Made by a program: the position numbers and the translations under genes. Below, one piece after another: positions 13,980-26,400 of a stretch of DNA of 64,000 nucleotides. The notes beneath the pieces are model-generated. The model searched no databases, was not told where the DNA came from, and saw only the letters and a program-made list of their open reading frames with translations. The number at the start of each line of letters is the position of its first letter. Positions within the stretch are counted from its first letter, which is position 1. This DNA comes from Adineta vaga (taxonomy: Eukaryota > Animalia > Rotifera): positions 14,012,001 to 14,076,000 of the forward strand of contig CP075492.1 of assembly GCA_021613535.1 (NCBI GenBank). Reading direction: 5' to 3'.

Positions 13980-14945
13980 TTAGTGATACCACGGTAAATA
14001 TCGTTTCAGTTTCTTTCCAACATCAATGAATGTTTGTCGGAAAACACTTCCACTAAGTGTATAAAGATAAAACGAGATACAATTTGGTACAAATATCATC
14101 AGAAGAAACATATTGAATAGAAATCCTTCGATGATTTGTTGCAAAAGAGATTTTTCATAATAGAATGTCCAAGTTATATAGAGGATCATCACAGCAAATG
14201 GTAAACTCAACAATGTGACGATGAATACTTGTAGAAGCAACATTATTGTTAGACTACTTTCACTTCTTCGATTTCTTGGAACAATCTGTTCACTCGTAGA
14301 ATTCTCTACTATCCTCCGTCTTTGACGAATATTTGCAATTGTCCAAAAGCCAAACAACAGCATGACTAGGATCGGAAGAATAACAATTAGAAATGCATGA
14401 GCAAGATTGATATACATTTGACATACATCTGATGTCGTGTAACATTTAATAGGAGTGCCAATTTGATTTGCATCGAAGCAAAAGAAAATCGCGATCCAAA
14501 CGAGAAATGAAAGAATACAAATTAGTATTATACAAAGATAAGCATTTTTGAGAGTGCTCATTTGTCGTCGATGAATGTTTGGAGATGAAACTAAATAACG
14601 ATCGACACTAGCGAAAGCTATAAACCATGATGCTATACATCGGGTACTAAATACAAGATACATCAGAAGTCGACAAAGTACTGATACTGTTTCGACTAGA
14701 TCTGCATTTTTGTTCCATCCATCGATAGACCGAGGTGTAAGCGTTGCAATACAAACGACCAAATTGATTATAGCTACAGCAAGAAAATAAACCGAACAAG
14801 GATTGGAACGAAGATTTCGTTGAGTAAATATGACACAATTACATAGGTTTCCAATAACACCCAATAGAAGAAGAAATATAGTGAGATACCGATTGATTTG
14901 TTGAGTTGCTGTTTCCAGCCGATTTGCAATAACAAATACGTCCAT
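13980..14945 (-). CDS. Rhodopsin-like (class A) 7TM GPCR, intronless
   Basis: GVIGN in TM1, RSNPCSVYFLA, DRY, seven hydrophobic segments, C-terminal NCISFYLYTL..SVFR. Confidence 0.9.
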   Translation of the reverse strand: MDVFVIANRLETATQQINRYLTIFLLLLGVIGNLCNCVIFTQRNLRSNPCSVYFLAVAIINLVVCIATLTPRSIDGWNKNADLVETVSVLCRLLMYLVFSTRCIASWFIAFASVDRYLVSSPNIHRRQMSTLKNAYLCIILICILSFLVWIAIFFCFDANQIGTPIKCYTTSDVCQMYINLAHAFLIVILPILVMLLFGFWTIANIRQRRRIVENSTSEQIVPRNRRSESSLTIMLLLQVFIVTLLSLPFAVMILYITWTFYYEKSLLQQIIEGFLFNMFLLMIFVPNCISFYLYTLSGSVFRQTFIDVGKKLKRYLPWYH

Positions 14946-15610
14946 TTTGTTGTCAAAAAATGAAGAAAATGAGAAGAAAAAAGCTTGTTATAGAATGTCG
15001 AAATAATGATGTGATATTATTTATGAGAATGCTCTCTATGATTTTATGCAGCAAGATATTTCCGTTCTTTCAATTGTTGTTAATTACTTTTTGTTTCTAG
15101 TTGAATGTACCATATTATTATTAACAAAATAACATAGTTTCTATCTACAGAAAAGCTAAAAATAGAACTTTATATATAATTTCCAGAGATTCTAAATTAG
15201 GTTGATTCTTCATCCATAGGACAAGTATTCCTTTCTATTATGCAAAAAACTATTGGTGAACAATAAACCTATTGATTACACCATGTTTTTCTTTTATAAT
15301 CTAAAAAAAATGCTCAGATGGGTGTGGGTGTGGATGTGAACAAAATAAATCCAAGATAACAACTATGTATAGCTTCTTATTTCCTATTCAAAAAAAGTAC
15401 AGAAATGTGCAAATGAGTAGAAAATCATGGATTTAAAAGGGTATAATCTGAACTATATTACAAAAGCAAGAAGTAAAGCATACTTCTGCACCGCTGCTAA
15501 TTATGAGGAATAGTAATCTTAATATTATTATTTCCTTTTTTTTACGCTCACATCACACTACAACAAGTGCAGATATTTTATTTAAATTAAGATTTGATTT
15601 CAATAACTAT

Positions 15611-16284
15611 TCAAGAATTATTCAAAGCGGCTTTTTCTTTCCTACGATTATGTTTTGAAGATCGTTTCGTTGATGAGTCAATAGATTCATCTACCAAAGG
15701 TAATCTATTATTTTCCCAAACAATGATCCATCCAAATCCCTTAGGACTAAATAGATCTTCGAATTCAATCAGCTTCGGTCCATCTGATACTGAATCTAAG
15801 ATATACCATGAGTCATCATGTTTTTTTGCACACCATATATGTCCATCATCGAAAATAATCACTGCTGCACAATCGTTGGATAAATTGTCTCTGAAAAACA
15901 AATGATTATTACACGTAGAACAAAAGTTTCATTATCTTTCATACTTCAATTCAGGAGGATTATCTAGAGAATAATATGAACTTGCCCTGTGAAGTTTGTT
16001 TAGAATAAAACTGACGATATTATCATTTGAATGAATGAAGAAAAATTCACGACTTCCTGGACAATGATACTTTTTATCAAATTCATCACAATATTCGAAG
16101 AATCTAGAAAAAAAGATGAGTTTCAAATGAAGAATGTTCTTCATGTGTAATCTTACTTTTCTTTAGTAAGAATTGATTGTCCCAATGCATTGTTGATTGC
16201 ATGCATTCGACAGCCATTAAGAACTCTTTGTTTTTCGAAATAGAGAGATCGTACGACTGTAAATTTCTTTCTATTCTTACTCAT
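15611..16284 (-). CDS. Josephin-domain (MJD/ataxin-3 family) deubiquitinase, 3 exons: 16284-16157, 16103-15945, 15890-15611 (~188 aa)
   Basis: Spliced product MSKNRKKFTVVRSLYFEKQRVLNGCRMHAINNALGQ...DDGHIWCAKKHDDSWYILDS. It shows the Josephin Y(H/F)EKQ..C.HA.NN, H-W and LDS motifs (Gln/Cys/His/Asp). Two phase-2 GT-AG introns of ~53 nt. Confidence 0.82.
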
Positions 16285-16372
16285 GATTTTCTTTTATTAA
16301 ATACTAAACGTTGTTATAGCAAACGTGCTACAATATTTATGATGGATTGATTAATTCGTTTAGGCTTGTATT

Positions 16373-16532
16373 TATTTGAGCAATAAAAATATTGGAATGA
16401 GCAATAATTAAAACATGATTTAGCAGAAACTTTCGAGCAATAAGAAAACATTATATGAGCAATTTTATAATATTAAATGAACAATAAATAGTTTATTACA
16501 TAACAATATTAATTTCATACTTGAGCAATAAA
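16373..16532. repeat. Left subterminal array, ~8 degenerate 21-22 bp units with core TGAGCAATAA
   Basis: Repeated tgagcaataa / gagcaataag / tgagcaattt / tgaacaataa cores are seen directly. Confidence 0.8.
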
Positions 16533-16946
16533 AAAGAAAAAAACTAAATTATTTTTCTTTACAATTGGCAAGAAAAAAAAAGAAAAATGGAATACATATA
16601 ACTAATCATTCAATTAAAAAAGCTTTTTTTGCTTTCGATGGTCTGCCTCTTTTTCTTTTTGTACCAATTTCTACATTTTTTGCCTCAGGTGGAGGTTTGC
16701 AATATTTCAATCCAATGGACATACCAATGGTGTGCTTGCAAATATAGTTTTTCATGAATGATGGACAGGTGCAAGGTATGGATGTGGGTGTCTTTGTTAT
16801 ATTCAGACCTACCCTCACCCTCACACCCACACTACACCCTCATCCTCATTATTACTTGAAGATTGCATTTCCATGTCATTTTCAGAATCAGACATATAGT
16901 CTGGTACACGTTTCGATTGAGCCGTTTTGTATTGAATGAAAGGGTT

Positions 16947-17125
16947 ATTATTGTTCTTTTTATATACATATTGTTTTATTCAAATTAATTATTGTTCATT
17001 CCGTCTAATTATCCCTCATTCAGAATAATTATCGCCCATTCATTATATATACTGCGCATTCATGATATTTATTGATCATTCATTATACATATTGCTCATT
17101 CAGTATATTTATTGCTCAAATTGAT
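16947..17125. repeat. Right subterminal array, ~9 units of 20 bp (consensus TTATTGCTCATTCAGTATAT), inverted relative to the left array
   Basis: Clear 20-bp periodicity at 16989-17122. Its reverse complement atttgagcaataaatatactgaatgagcaata closely matches atttgagcaataaaaatattggaatgagcaata at 16374. Confidence 0.85.
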
Positions 17126-17137
17126 TATTAAAAACAT

Positions 17138-17500
17138 GATTATCCACTTGCAGTCGCCGATTTTCGTAGCATCGATGTGTTGAATGATCTTATTCCAACG
17201 ACACTCGTCTATCCACCTCCATCACCTAATGGAGAAACTTATTCTATTGCTTATAATCCACAACATCGATGGTATTACTGGTCAAAGATGACACCAGATG
17301 AAGTGATGCTATTAAAATGTTATGATAGTGCCAGTCAAGCACTCTCAACGGTGAAAGAAAGCGCTGCACAAGTAGACGAAACATTATTACGTGATGTAGC
17401 TGGCTTAACGCCGCATACTGCCTTTTTTGATGCTCAAGGTGCAAAGGAAGGACCAAGTAGAAATTCCATTGAAGTACGAGCTCTTGTTTTTTATAATTAA
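17138..17500 (+). pseudogene. 5'-truncated CmcJ/NvfI (asaB-like hydroxylase/desaturase) family oxidoreductase, C-terminal half only
   Basis: DYPLAVADFRSID...YNPQHRWYYWSKMTPDEVMLLKCYDS...TPHTAFFD...RNSIEVRALVF are C-terminal family motifs. The upstream half is replaced by the transposon repeat array. Confidence 0.8.
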
Positions 17501-17680
17501 ATATTGCAGTTTTTCACCGAATAAAATTTCAAGATATCGTAGATAGACATTGAATCACACAAATGTATTTGCGACAGAACCTTTATTAAGTTTTTATTAT
17601 CTTGTCGGATGTATTATACTCAGCTTAATTTCAGTTTATTAGATATTTATTCAACTATATATATATATACACTCAAGTTA

Positions 17681-20600
17681 TTATGCTGTTTCTTCGACGA
17701 TTATATTTTGTTTTATGAATGTTTCTTTCGGCGCATTGACATAGACAAATCGTTGGATGACAGGACCTTTTTGTCGTCGTCGTTCTGCCTGTTTAGTACG
17801 TCGTAATCGTTCTCGTTCTTCACGAACAGGATCAATACCAAAACCATATTTTAAAATATCCATAACAATTACAAATATTGCAACACAAGCTAAAGCAATA
17901 ACAACAATATACGCAAATGATTTTGATATAGTTTTAAGAACAATAATCTTCTTTGAAATAATTTCACAATGACGACCAGAGTAACTATTACTCAAACATT
18001 CACATTTAAAATCTCGTAGTAATGGCCGACATACACCATTATTTAGACATGTAATATTATGACAATAATTCGTCATTGATTCACAATTTTTACCTTGTCA
18101 ACCATCATTACATTTACAACGAAATGTTGTATCCGATGTTTGATTACATGCACCTATAAAGAAATCAAACGAAATGCATTCTGTTGTCATACAAGTAATT
18201 AGATAAGCAAAATACCATGATATAAACATGTGTACGGTTTGCAAAGTCGATGATCTATTTCACAATGCGTGCCACTAAAACCAGATAGGCATGAACAATT
18301 ATAACCACGCAGATTTGTTGTTGTATTAGTACAAGTTCCATTGTTTTGACATGGATTGGATATGTTACATATGTGATTAGGAATACTACAGTTGAGACCA
18401 ATATACCTGGAATCAGTACATTTTGCTGCAATAAAAATGTCCGATGAATATTTATCTATAAGATTATACTGAGAAGGGTATTGGATTCGAAAATAAATTG
18501 AAGTTACCTGATACTGATTCTATTTTAGATGTAGTGATTACTTTTGTTGTTAAATCGAGCAAAGTAGTCGTTCCAACGTTGACTGTACTTATCATACTCG
18601 ATTGTGAAATAGTAGTGGCATCTAGATAAATTGCATGAAGAAAATTCGAAAATTTGTGGGATGCTTACCACAAGAATTTGTTGCTAAAAGAAACTTTTGA
18701 ATACGATTATTGTCTCGATCGGTAACAAACATATTGCCATGACTATCGAATGCCAGAGTCTGTGGAAAGCTCAGTTGAGATGATTTGGAACCCGCACCAC
18801 CAGAACACCCAACTAAACATCGAAAACCATAAGGTCCCGAACCAACTATTTGATGATTTTTCTCATCTACGATATATAAATAATGATCAAAGTCTAATAT
18901 AACTCCAGTAGGGCAATCGAGATCAATAGTTTCTAATGCTCCATTTCCAGCTACAGTTATTCCAGTTCGATTACCAGATTTGAATAGTTGAATTCGATTA
19001 TTACCACAATCAGCTACGTATAGAGCAAAATCTGTGTCAACAAAAATGCCACGAGGGCTGTCCAGCATATTTGGCTGTGCTCCTGCAGATCCAGTACCGG
19101 CTGCAATAGTTGATACGTTAGTATTAATAGTAAGTGACTGTTGCACAACTTTAGCTTCTTCGTCAACCGAACAGTAGAGATCATTATTGGTATCAATAAA
19201 AAGTCCAAAACATCGATGGGTAACATTTAATAATCGAAAATTAAGGTGTGCATTTTCTGACCAAATATTTACTTGCTTATTAATGCCATTCTCGACATAA
19301 ATATCTCCGTTGAACGTGACGAACAGACTGTACGGGTTAGATAAATTGCCAGAAATATGTTTTGATGAAGTATTACTTCCTTCAGGCCACACTGTTACTT
19401 CATTTCGCGTGTATCCAGCAATATACACAGTATTGTTTACATCGATAAAGATTCCACGTGGACTTGTATCAACGATATTACTGCCGGCGAAAGTAATTCC
19501 ATCAGGTTTCCACGATGGAAATGAACAGAATTTCGGTTGATTGAATGAAACACCTGTGAATCGATCAAGCGTTGTTTTTTGACATCTTTTCAGTCGGCAT
19601 ACAAATCACTTAAACATACCTGTATTGCTATAACTTATTAGTATAGGTGGTGTCAAATTGATCGTTGAACAAATTTCTAGAAACAAAGAGGAAGACTACT
19701 GTGCTGATATGAAAAATACTTTGAAATTACCATTTTGTACAGTTGTTGCTATTATCGGTTGTTTTGACACCATTGTATCTAGAAAAAAAGACTTTATTTT
19801 AATAGTTACTGCAGAACATCGTCTTATGTTTTCGCTTTGTACACAATCATTATTGTACATGTATTAGAGAATATCTTATGATGTTTACCACATGAGTTTG
19901 ATGTTAAAAGAAATTTTTGAATACGACTATTATACGCATCAGTAACAAAGATATTTCCTTCCTTGTCGAAAGCAAGAGCATATGGATGATTCAGTCCATC
20001 GGCTGTTGATACACCTTGTTTGTCACATCCAAATAGACATTGAAGACCTTTCGGCCCTGATCTCATAATACGATGATTATTACGATCAGCGATATACAAG
20101 TAATTATTGCTATCAAGAACAATTGCAGTAGGACAATGAAGTATTGTATTTTCATTGGCTTCATTTCCAACAACGGTGATACCATTCAGCTGTCCAAATA
20201 CAAAAAACTGAATTCTGTTGTTGCCACAATCTGCTACATATAAATTGAAATCGAAATCAACGAAAATTCCGTGTGGTCGATTCAGCTCGCAAGATGTTGA
20301 TCCAACTTTGTTTTTTACGCCGGCGACGATTGTTGGTAAGTTGTTGATACTATCATTAAGTGATCTTTGTTCAACTATGTGAAGATCACGTATAGAACAG
20401 TACAATGTGTTGTTAATATCGATGAAGAGACCAAAACATCTTCCACTGACGGACGTTATGCTGGTTTTTTTTGATTCGTCTAATGAGTATTTATTTAGTT
20501 GGCGATTATTACCGTCTTCTATATAAATATCACCGGTCAGAGTAACAAATAAACTATTCGGATTATTTGTAACAATTATACATGAAGGTGATTTTGTACT

Positions 20601-20950
20601 TTCATTAGACCACACTAAAAGCTTGTGTCCATTATAATCAAGTACATAAATGTTATTGTTAATAGTAATAAATATGTTATTATCTCCAGAATTGATTTTT
20701 GTACCGTTACTAAATGTCACAGCCGCTGAATTCCAAGTTGCATTTGCACACAATTTAGGCCGATTATAAGGAACAACTAAAAAGTGATTCAGTGGAGAAA
20801 ATAGGTTGTGACTCTGTATTAAATTAGGCAAATCTTTCTCGTACCTAACTTTTATATCTAATTGATAAAAATTATAGTTGGGAATTACTTACCAGGATCG
20901 CCATCAATGACTGCTAATATGAATAACCATATCACGAAATAATTTGTTCG
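17681..20950 (-). CDS. NHL-repeat (two beta-propellers) + EGF-like repeats + single TM membrane protein, multi-exon; start position approximate
   Basis: Two blocks with YVADCGNNRIQ / FVTD..N.RIQKF (19888-20777 and 18669-19554), a Thr-rich linker, EGF repeats (CLNNGVC...CECLSNSYSGRHC), then a TM helix and MDILKYGFGIDP tail. Confidence 0.85.
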
Positions 20951-21620
20951 TATAACATTGCGTAATAGTTGTCACTAGTTCTTTTTTTGTATGTTAATGG
21001 TCGAGAAAATGACTTTATGTTCAGTATTTTTCTTTCCTATCCGTATTTCAGTTATTGCTAGTGAGAAAATAAATATCAGTTAGAATTTAAATATTGAAAT
21101 TGCATTTTTTCTCCTATCTTCTATAGAAATTAATTTGAAATCATGGTTCTTCTTTTATTGTATCAATTACATCGTGCATAGATAGCAGTCGTGTTGTTTA
21201 TCAACTGAGATTTTATTTCCATGTTTTTCTTTCTACTGACGTCAATTTAGTTCTTTTTTGTTATAGTGCTTTAATAAAGAATTGCAACTAAATATGCAAT
21301 TTCCTTTTGTTGCCGCTATGCCGAATAAAAATAAATAAAAAATTATGTTGAAAAGTGAATGTGAATGATACATTTAAACTATGCTCTCGTTCATCTTGAG
21401 GGTGATCTTCTAGTAAATGTTCTTTCAACAAAAACAATTTCTTGGTAGTGAATTTGAATGTTCTTCTTATTCTTTATATATATGTATATCAATAATATAT
21501 AATCAAATTGATTGTAATTAACAACAAAAATAAAATATATTAGAGAATTTATTGATTAGAATTGAAGAAAAGCAATTAAACGCCATGTCTATGTATAATA
21601 ATTAGAATGGAAAGTGTTAA

Positions 21621-22616
21621 CTATTTCCAACATCGTAAGTTGACTCGATGTAAAAGATTTAGTAGTTCTTTGCGATACATACTAGCCGTTAATGTAAAGA
21701 TATAGAAGTTGATCTAAAAAGAAGAAGAAAACTTATTTAAATGAATTCCTTCATCACAAGATCAAATCAATCATACCGCTTGACTAAGATTAAGTGTAAT
21801 ATAGGTCATTTGTTGAACAAATCGAAATATCGTATTTGCTGTAAGTGTTGGTCGTATAGCTGCAATAATAAGTACAAGATGATATGGTAAAGCAAGAAAA
21901 GCATAGCATAGAATATGTACAAATAACATAAATAATAATTGAGTATCTCCTCGTGTACGTCGTCTTTCTGTTGTTGCCATTGTTATTGTAGTAGTAGTAG
22001 TCATAATTGGTTGAACTCTTCGATTTCGAGCTCGAATATTATAACTTGTACCCAATCCAAAAAGAATAACGATAAAAATAGCAAAAAAATAATACGCTGC
22101 TGTAAAAAAAGGAAAAAAATCAGTATAAAAACCAGGCTCTGGTCGACATGATGTTCCAATGAGTGTGTATCGAAAAGTCATATGAATATAAGCCATAGAT
22201 GTGATGAAAATGACAACTGGAATAACTATATAAGCTATTCGAACATGAGAACTCAAACGACGTATGTTTGCATTGATTGAACTTGAAAAAAATCGATCGA
22301 TTGTAATACAAGCTGTAAAATATGGAGCTAAATTATAAATAACATAGAGTACAAATGTTCGAAAACGACAGTACTCAAGAGATGTACGTGTGCCATTTAA
22401 AATAGGAAATAATATTGTTAACCACTGAACGAATGTGCCAAAAGTAAGAATAACAAGACCATTAATAGATGCGGCCAGAAAATAAACTGAGCATGAACGA
22501 TGAAGTGCAGGACGTAAGAAGATAAATAGATTTAGAACATTACCAATAATACCAGATATAGTTATAATTGGTAGAAGATATAAATTTATATTATAAGATA
22601 TACTCGATAAATCCAT
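21621..22616 (-). CDS. Rhodopsin-like 7TM GPCR, 2 exons (intron 21714-21776)
   Basis: GIIGN, CSVYFLA, DRF; the spliced last exon reads INFYIFTLTASMYRKELL...WK*. Confidence 0.88.
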
Positions 22617-22659
22617 TTCTCCTTTATAAAATGTAGAAGAAACTCGATTAAATTCAGAT

Positions 22660-22684
22660 TATATATATATATATATATATATAT
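22660..22684. repeat. (TA)n microsatellite
   Basis: About 12 TA units just upstream of the GPCR start codon. Confidence 0.9.
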
Positions 22685-23486
22685 GTGTTGAAAGGTATGA
22701 CAGTATGAATGTAGTCTCTTTCATTCTTATCATGCCTAGATTTTGACAATGATCTCATTAATTACATATACAATTAATGCTGTTTGACATGGGATTCATC
22801 AAATAAAAGAAGAATCATTTTCTATAGAAAATCAGTCGTCGTTCGTAATTAAAGACTGACTTTGCAGGAGATTACGGAATCATTATTTGATAATGATAGA
22901 CAGTATTGAATGAAAATGACTTCTTTATTATGTAGTGTTTTATATTGAAAAAAATGTGTACTTTTTGGTTGTCATTATGTAAAAAAGTAAGAGAGAGTTC
23001 TCTGAGTTTAATGGAACAAATAAATGCATTGTAGAATCAAATATCGACATATTAGAAAACAAATTCAATAGATTGGTCAGATCATAGTGATACTATCAAA
23101 GTAGTATTTGACACACCTCTATGTATAATTGAAAAACAGAAGAATCTGTTTTTTTTTTATGGTGATTGTTATATGAATACGTCATCTATCGAAACGAATA
23201 GAAATTATGTTTGACACATTTACGAGAATTACCAGTGTTGTTTCTCTGTTACAAGATATTGTTGAAATGATAATAGAAAAAGAAAAAGAAATACTGTTGA
23301 TAATTGTAGACTAGGAAAGAACAATCTTTATGCTATCCAACTGTCGTGTTCTCAGGTAACGATGATTCACATGAGTTGAGAAGTTGGAAAAAGAATAATA
23401 CAAGCATGAGTAATAAATAAAAATTCCCACTGAGTAACACGTCTATTATTCGACTGCATTGTGACTTAAAATATACAACTATATTC

Positions 23487-26400
23487 ATGGCCGACATGAA
23501 TGATGATACAACTGCTGATACTGATACAATAACTAGTGACAGTGATCTCGATAGCTCTTCACATGCTTCTACTGTAGAAGAGTCAGATAGTGATGCTGAT
23601 GACAAAGACGAATATGATCTTAGTTGTGATGATCGTTTCGAACAACTCTACAAAGGTTTGTTTCAATCGTTTCAACGTTCTACAAGTGATTTATCAAATG
23701 ACAAGATTCAATTTGATTTTAATTCGTCATCGCGTTCATCTCTATCGTCGGAATCATTATATTTGGATGAAATTGAATCATTTTTCAATGATGACGATAC
23801 ATCTCTTTCTACATTAACATCAGCTATTATGATAACTGAAGAAAATGCAAATCTATTTGAACCACCAATACAGAATAATAAAATCTTTGTAGGTTCTATT
23901 CCAAAGAATACAACTGAATATTCATTGAAATTGTTTTTCAATCAACTTGGATATACACATATAACTGATATTCATGGACCAATATATACGGTAAGTTATT
24001 TCAATGAATGATACTCTCCCAGATCAAAATATTCTCCATTAAAATTATTTTCTAGGAAGACCAGCGTATACCTGGTTATGCTTTTGTTTTTTTCGATTCT
24101 GATGCTAAGGCAGCCGAGATATTAACTGATTATTCAATGAAATCACGAATCTTCAAATTAAACGGACATCCACTTCGTTTGACAAAAGCCAATGCACGTG
24201 TATCTAAGAAACAATCGTATCCTACGAATGAATCACATATTCATACATTCTCTTTAACATCGCTTATGTATGGAACATTGATTGGAACAGCAGCGATGCA
24301 GAATATTATTGATCAATCAACACGAAATGAACGTAAAACTATTTCGACATACGGTTACATAATTCATCAAATTTTGAATAGATTACTCGTATCATCTACA
24401 TTAAATATCGATACGAAAGCGAGAAAATTTTCAATTGATATTAGTCTTCGACAAAATACAGCAGAACAGCGTTGTATTCAGGCAAAATATCGATTTGAAT
24501 GGAATTTTTGCGAGTAAGTATTGTTTATTTACTTTTATACAGAGCCAAGTTTATAAAAACACATAATACTCTTTGATATTCGTAGTCTGAAAAGAAGCAA
24601 AATCATGCCGGTAGTTACGCACGGTTTATCATTGTCTTATCAAAATCCAACTATTGACTCAATCGATCCATCAATCTTTTTTCTATGTGAAATTCGTCGA
24701 GCACCTTACATAAGTTATGTTAAGCAGACAGTTGATGGTACTGATAATCTTGAGATTCGCCTGCCTGGTTTAATACTTGTTGGTCGTGCAAATGCATGGC
24801 TTTTTCGCATTAAATCAGAAGCAAGCATCTATAAAGAATTTGTTGATTTGCTCCATAAGTATCGTCTATGTGAAAAGCATATTCAAGGTAGTAATATTAT
24901 ACATTTATTAAAATCAGCCAATGATGATTCTCAACGACTTACCCACATTGATACTTTGTCAATGAATGAGTGGAATCAAAAGCATCGAGAAGCTATCATT
25001 GAATTTAAATTAAATCGTTGGCCTTCATTTCCGTTTGAAACTAAATTTGAACTGATGAAGCTCATCTCAAAACATATTATCACAATAAATGATCTGATCT
25101 TAGATGAACGATTGGAATCTATACTTAGTAAGATGAGTCAGAATACGCTGATTGTCTGCGTTGGTAAGTAAATTCTATATATCAGAAATATTGCTTCATT
25201 GCTTTGTTTTTCTTCACTATTAGATAAAATCATTGAATTTTCTCATCTCTGGCAACCAACAAGCGAAGATCCAATCGAAGAGAACTGGAATGATGAATCA
25301 AATCCCAACATTGAAACGAATGCTGAAGATTCAGTAACAAACACGTACCAGTTACTAAAACCTCTTCATTCAGCTACGGGCATGCGCATAGATTCTGTAT
25401 CATCTTCTACTATCACAGTAGAGATAAATGGTCTTAACTTACGTAAACTACATTCTTCAACGGTTGGTTATTTCGGTTCTTTGAGTCGCCTAATATGTCT
25501 TGCACTAGATGAACTTAATCGTACGTATCAGTTATGTCAAACAGAAACAGGTGCATATGTAACAAGACAAGAGATGCGACAATCTCAGTCGAATGAACTA
25601 TCTTTCATCCGTAAGATTTTTATCACTCCAACAAGTATCCATTATGAAGGACCACATCCAGAACAGTATTGTGCAGTAACACGTCAGTTTGCTAATGTAC
25701 AACATTGTTTTCTACGTGTTAGTTTTCGCGATGAAGGTATGATAACGAAATCACGTAGAAAAAAAACTAGCTTTCCGATGCATCTTGTCTTCTACTATAG
25801 ATTATCGTAAACTAAAGAATGGTTCGAAATCAATGATTGTAATCTACAAACACATTTTAAAAATACTCAATAACGGCTTGACTATATGTGGACGAAAATA
25901 TGAATTTCTTGCTTTTTCATCATCACAATTACGTGAACATTCATGCTGGATGTTTTCAAGTGAAAACATAAATCATGTATCATGTGATGAGATTCGAGAA
26001 TCATTAGGCAACTTTCAAAATATTCATCCAGTAGCAAAAATGGCAGCTCGAGTAAGGATACTTCTTCGCCACTATTTTTTCTTACGAATCGAAGATTCAA
26101 TGGTTGATATTTGTTTTATTTTAGCTTGGTCAGTCGTTTTCCACAACTACTAAAGGAAAACAGCTATCAGAAGGTTCATATACGGTTATTTCAGATGCTG
26201 AATCGCCAGATCCTTATAAAGCATTGTATACCGATGGAATAGGAATTATTAAACTAGAATTTGCTAAAGAACTTTCTGAACAAATGAAGCTCGATTTTAT
26301 CCCATCAGCATTTCAGGTGCGATGTGGTGGATATAAAGGTATCTGACGTATTTTTGTTGAATAAATAATAGATCATTTGCTTGATGTACTTTTAGGAATG

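Larger units (their letters stand above)
16373..17125 (-). mobile_element. Internally deleted Mutator-like (MULE) DNA transposon remnant; may extend left to ~15240
   Basis: SWIM zinc finger CTCPSFMKNYICKH plus AT-hook KRGRP at 16606-16775, typical of a MULE transposase C-terminus. A putative acidic N-terminal stub MSDSENDMEMQSSSNNEDE lies at ~16895-16839. These are flanked by inverted tandem arrays (TGAGCAATAA left, TTATTGCTCA right). No DDE core is present. Confidence 0.72.

Noticed and set aside
16947-17125. Regular 20-bp periodic array as a CRISPR-like locus
   Set aside because: Units are contiguous degenerate tandem repeats with no unique spacers, no cas genes and a eukaryotic context.
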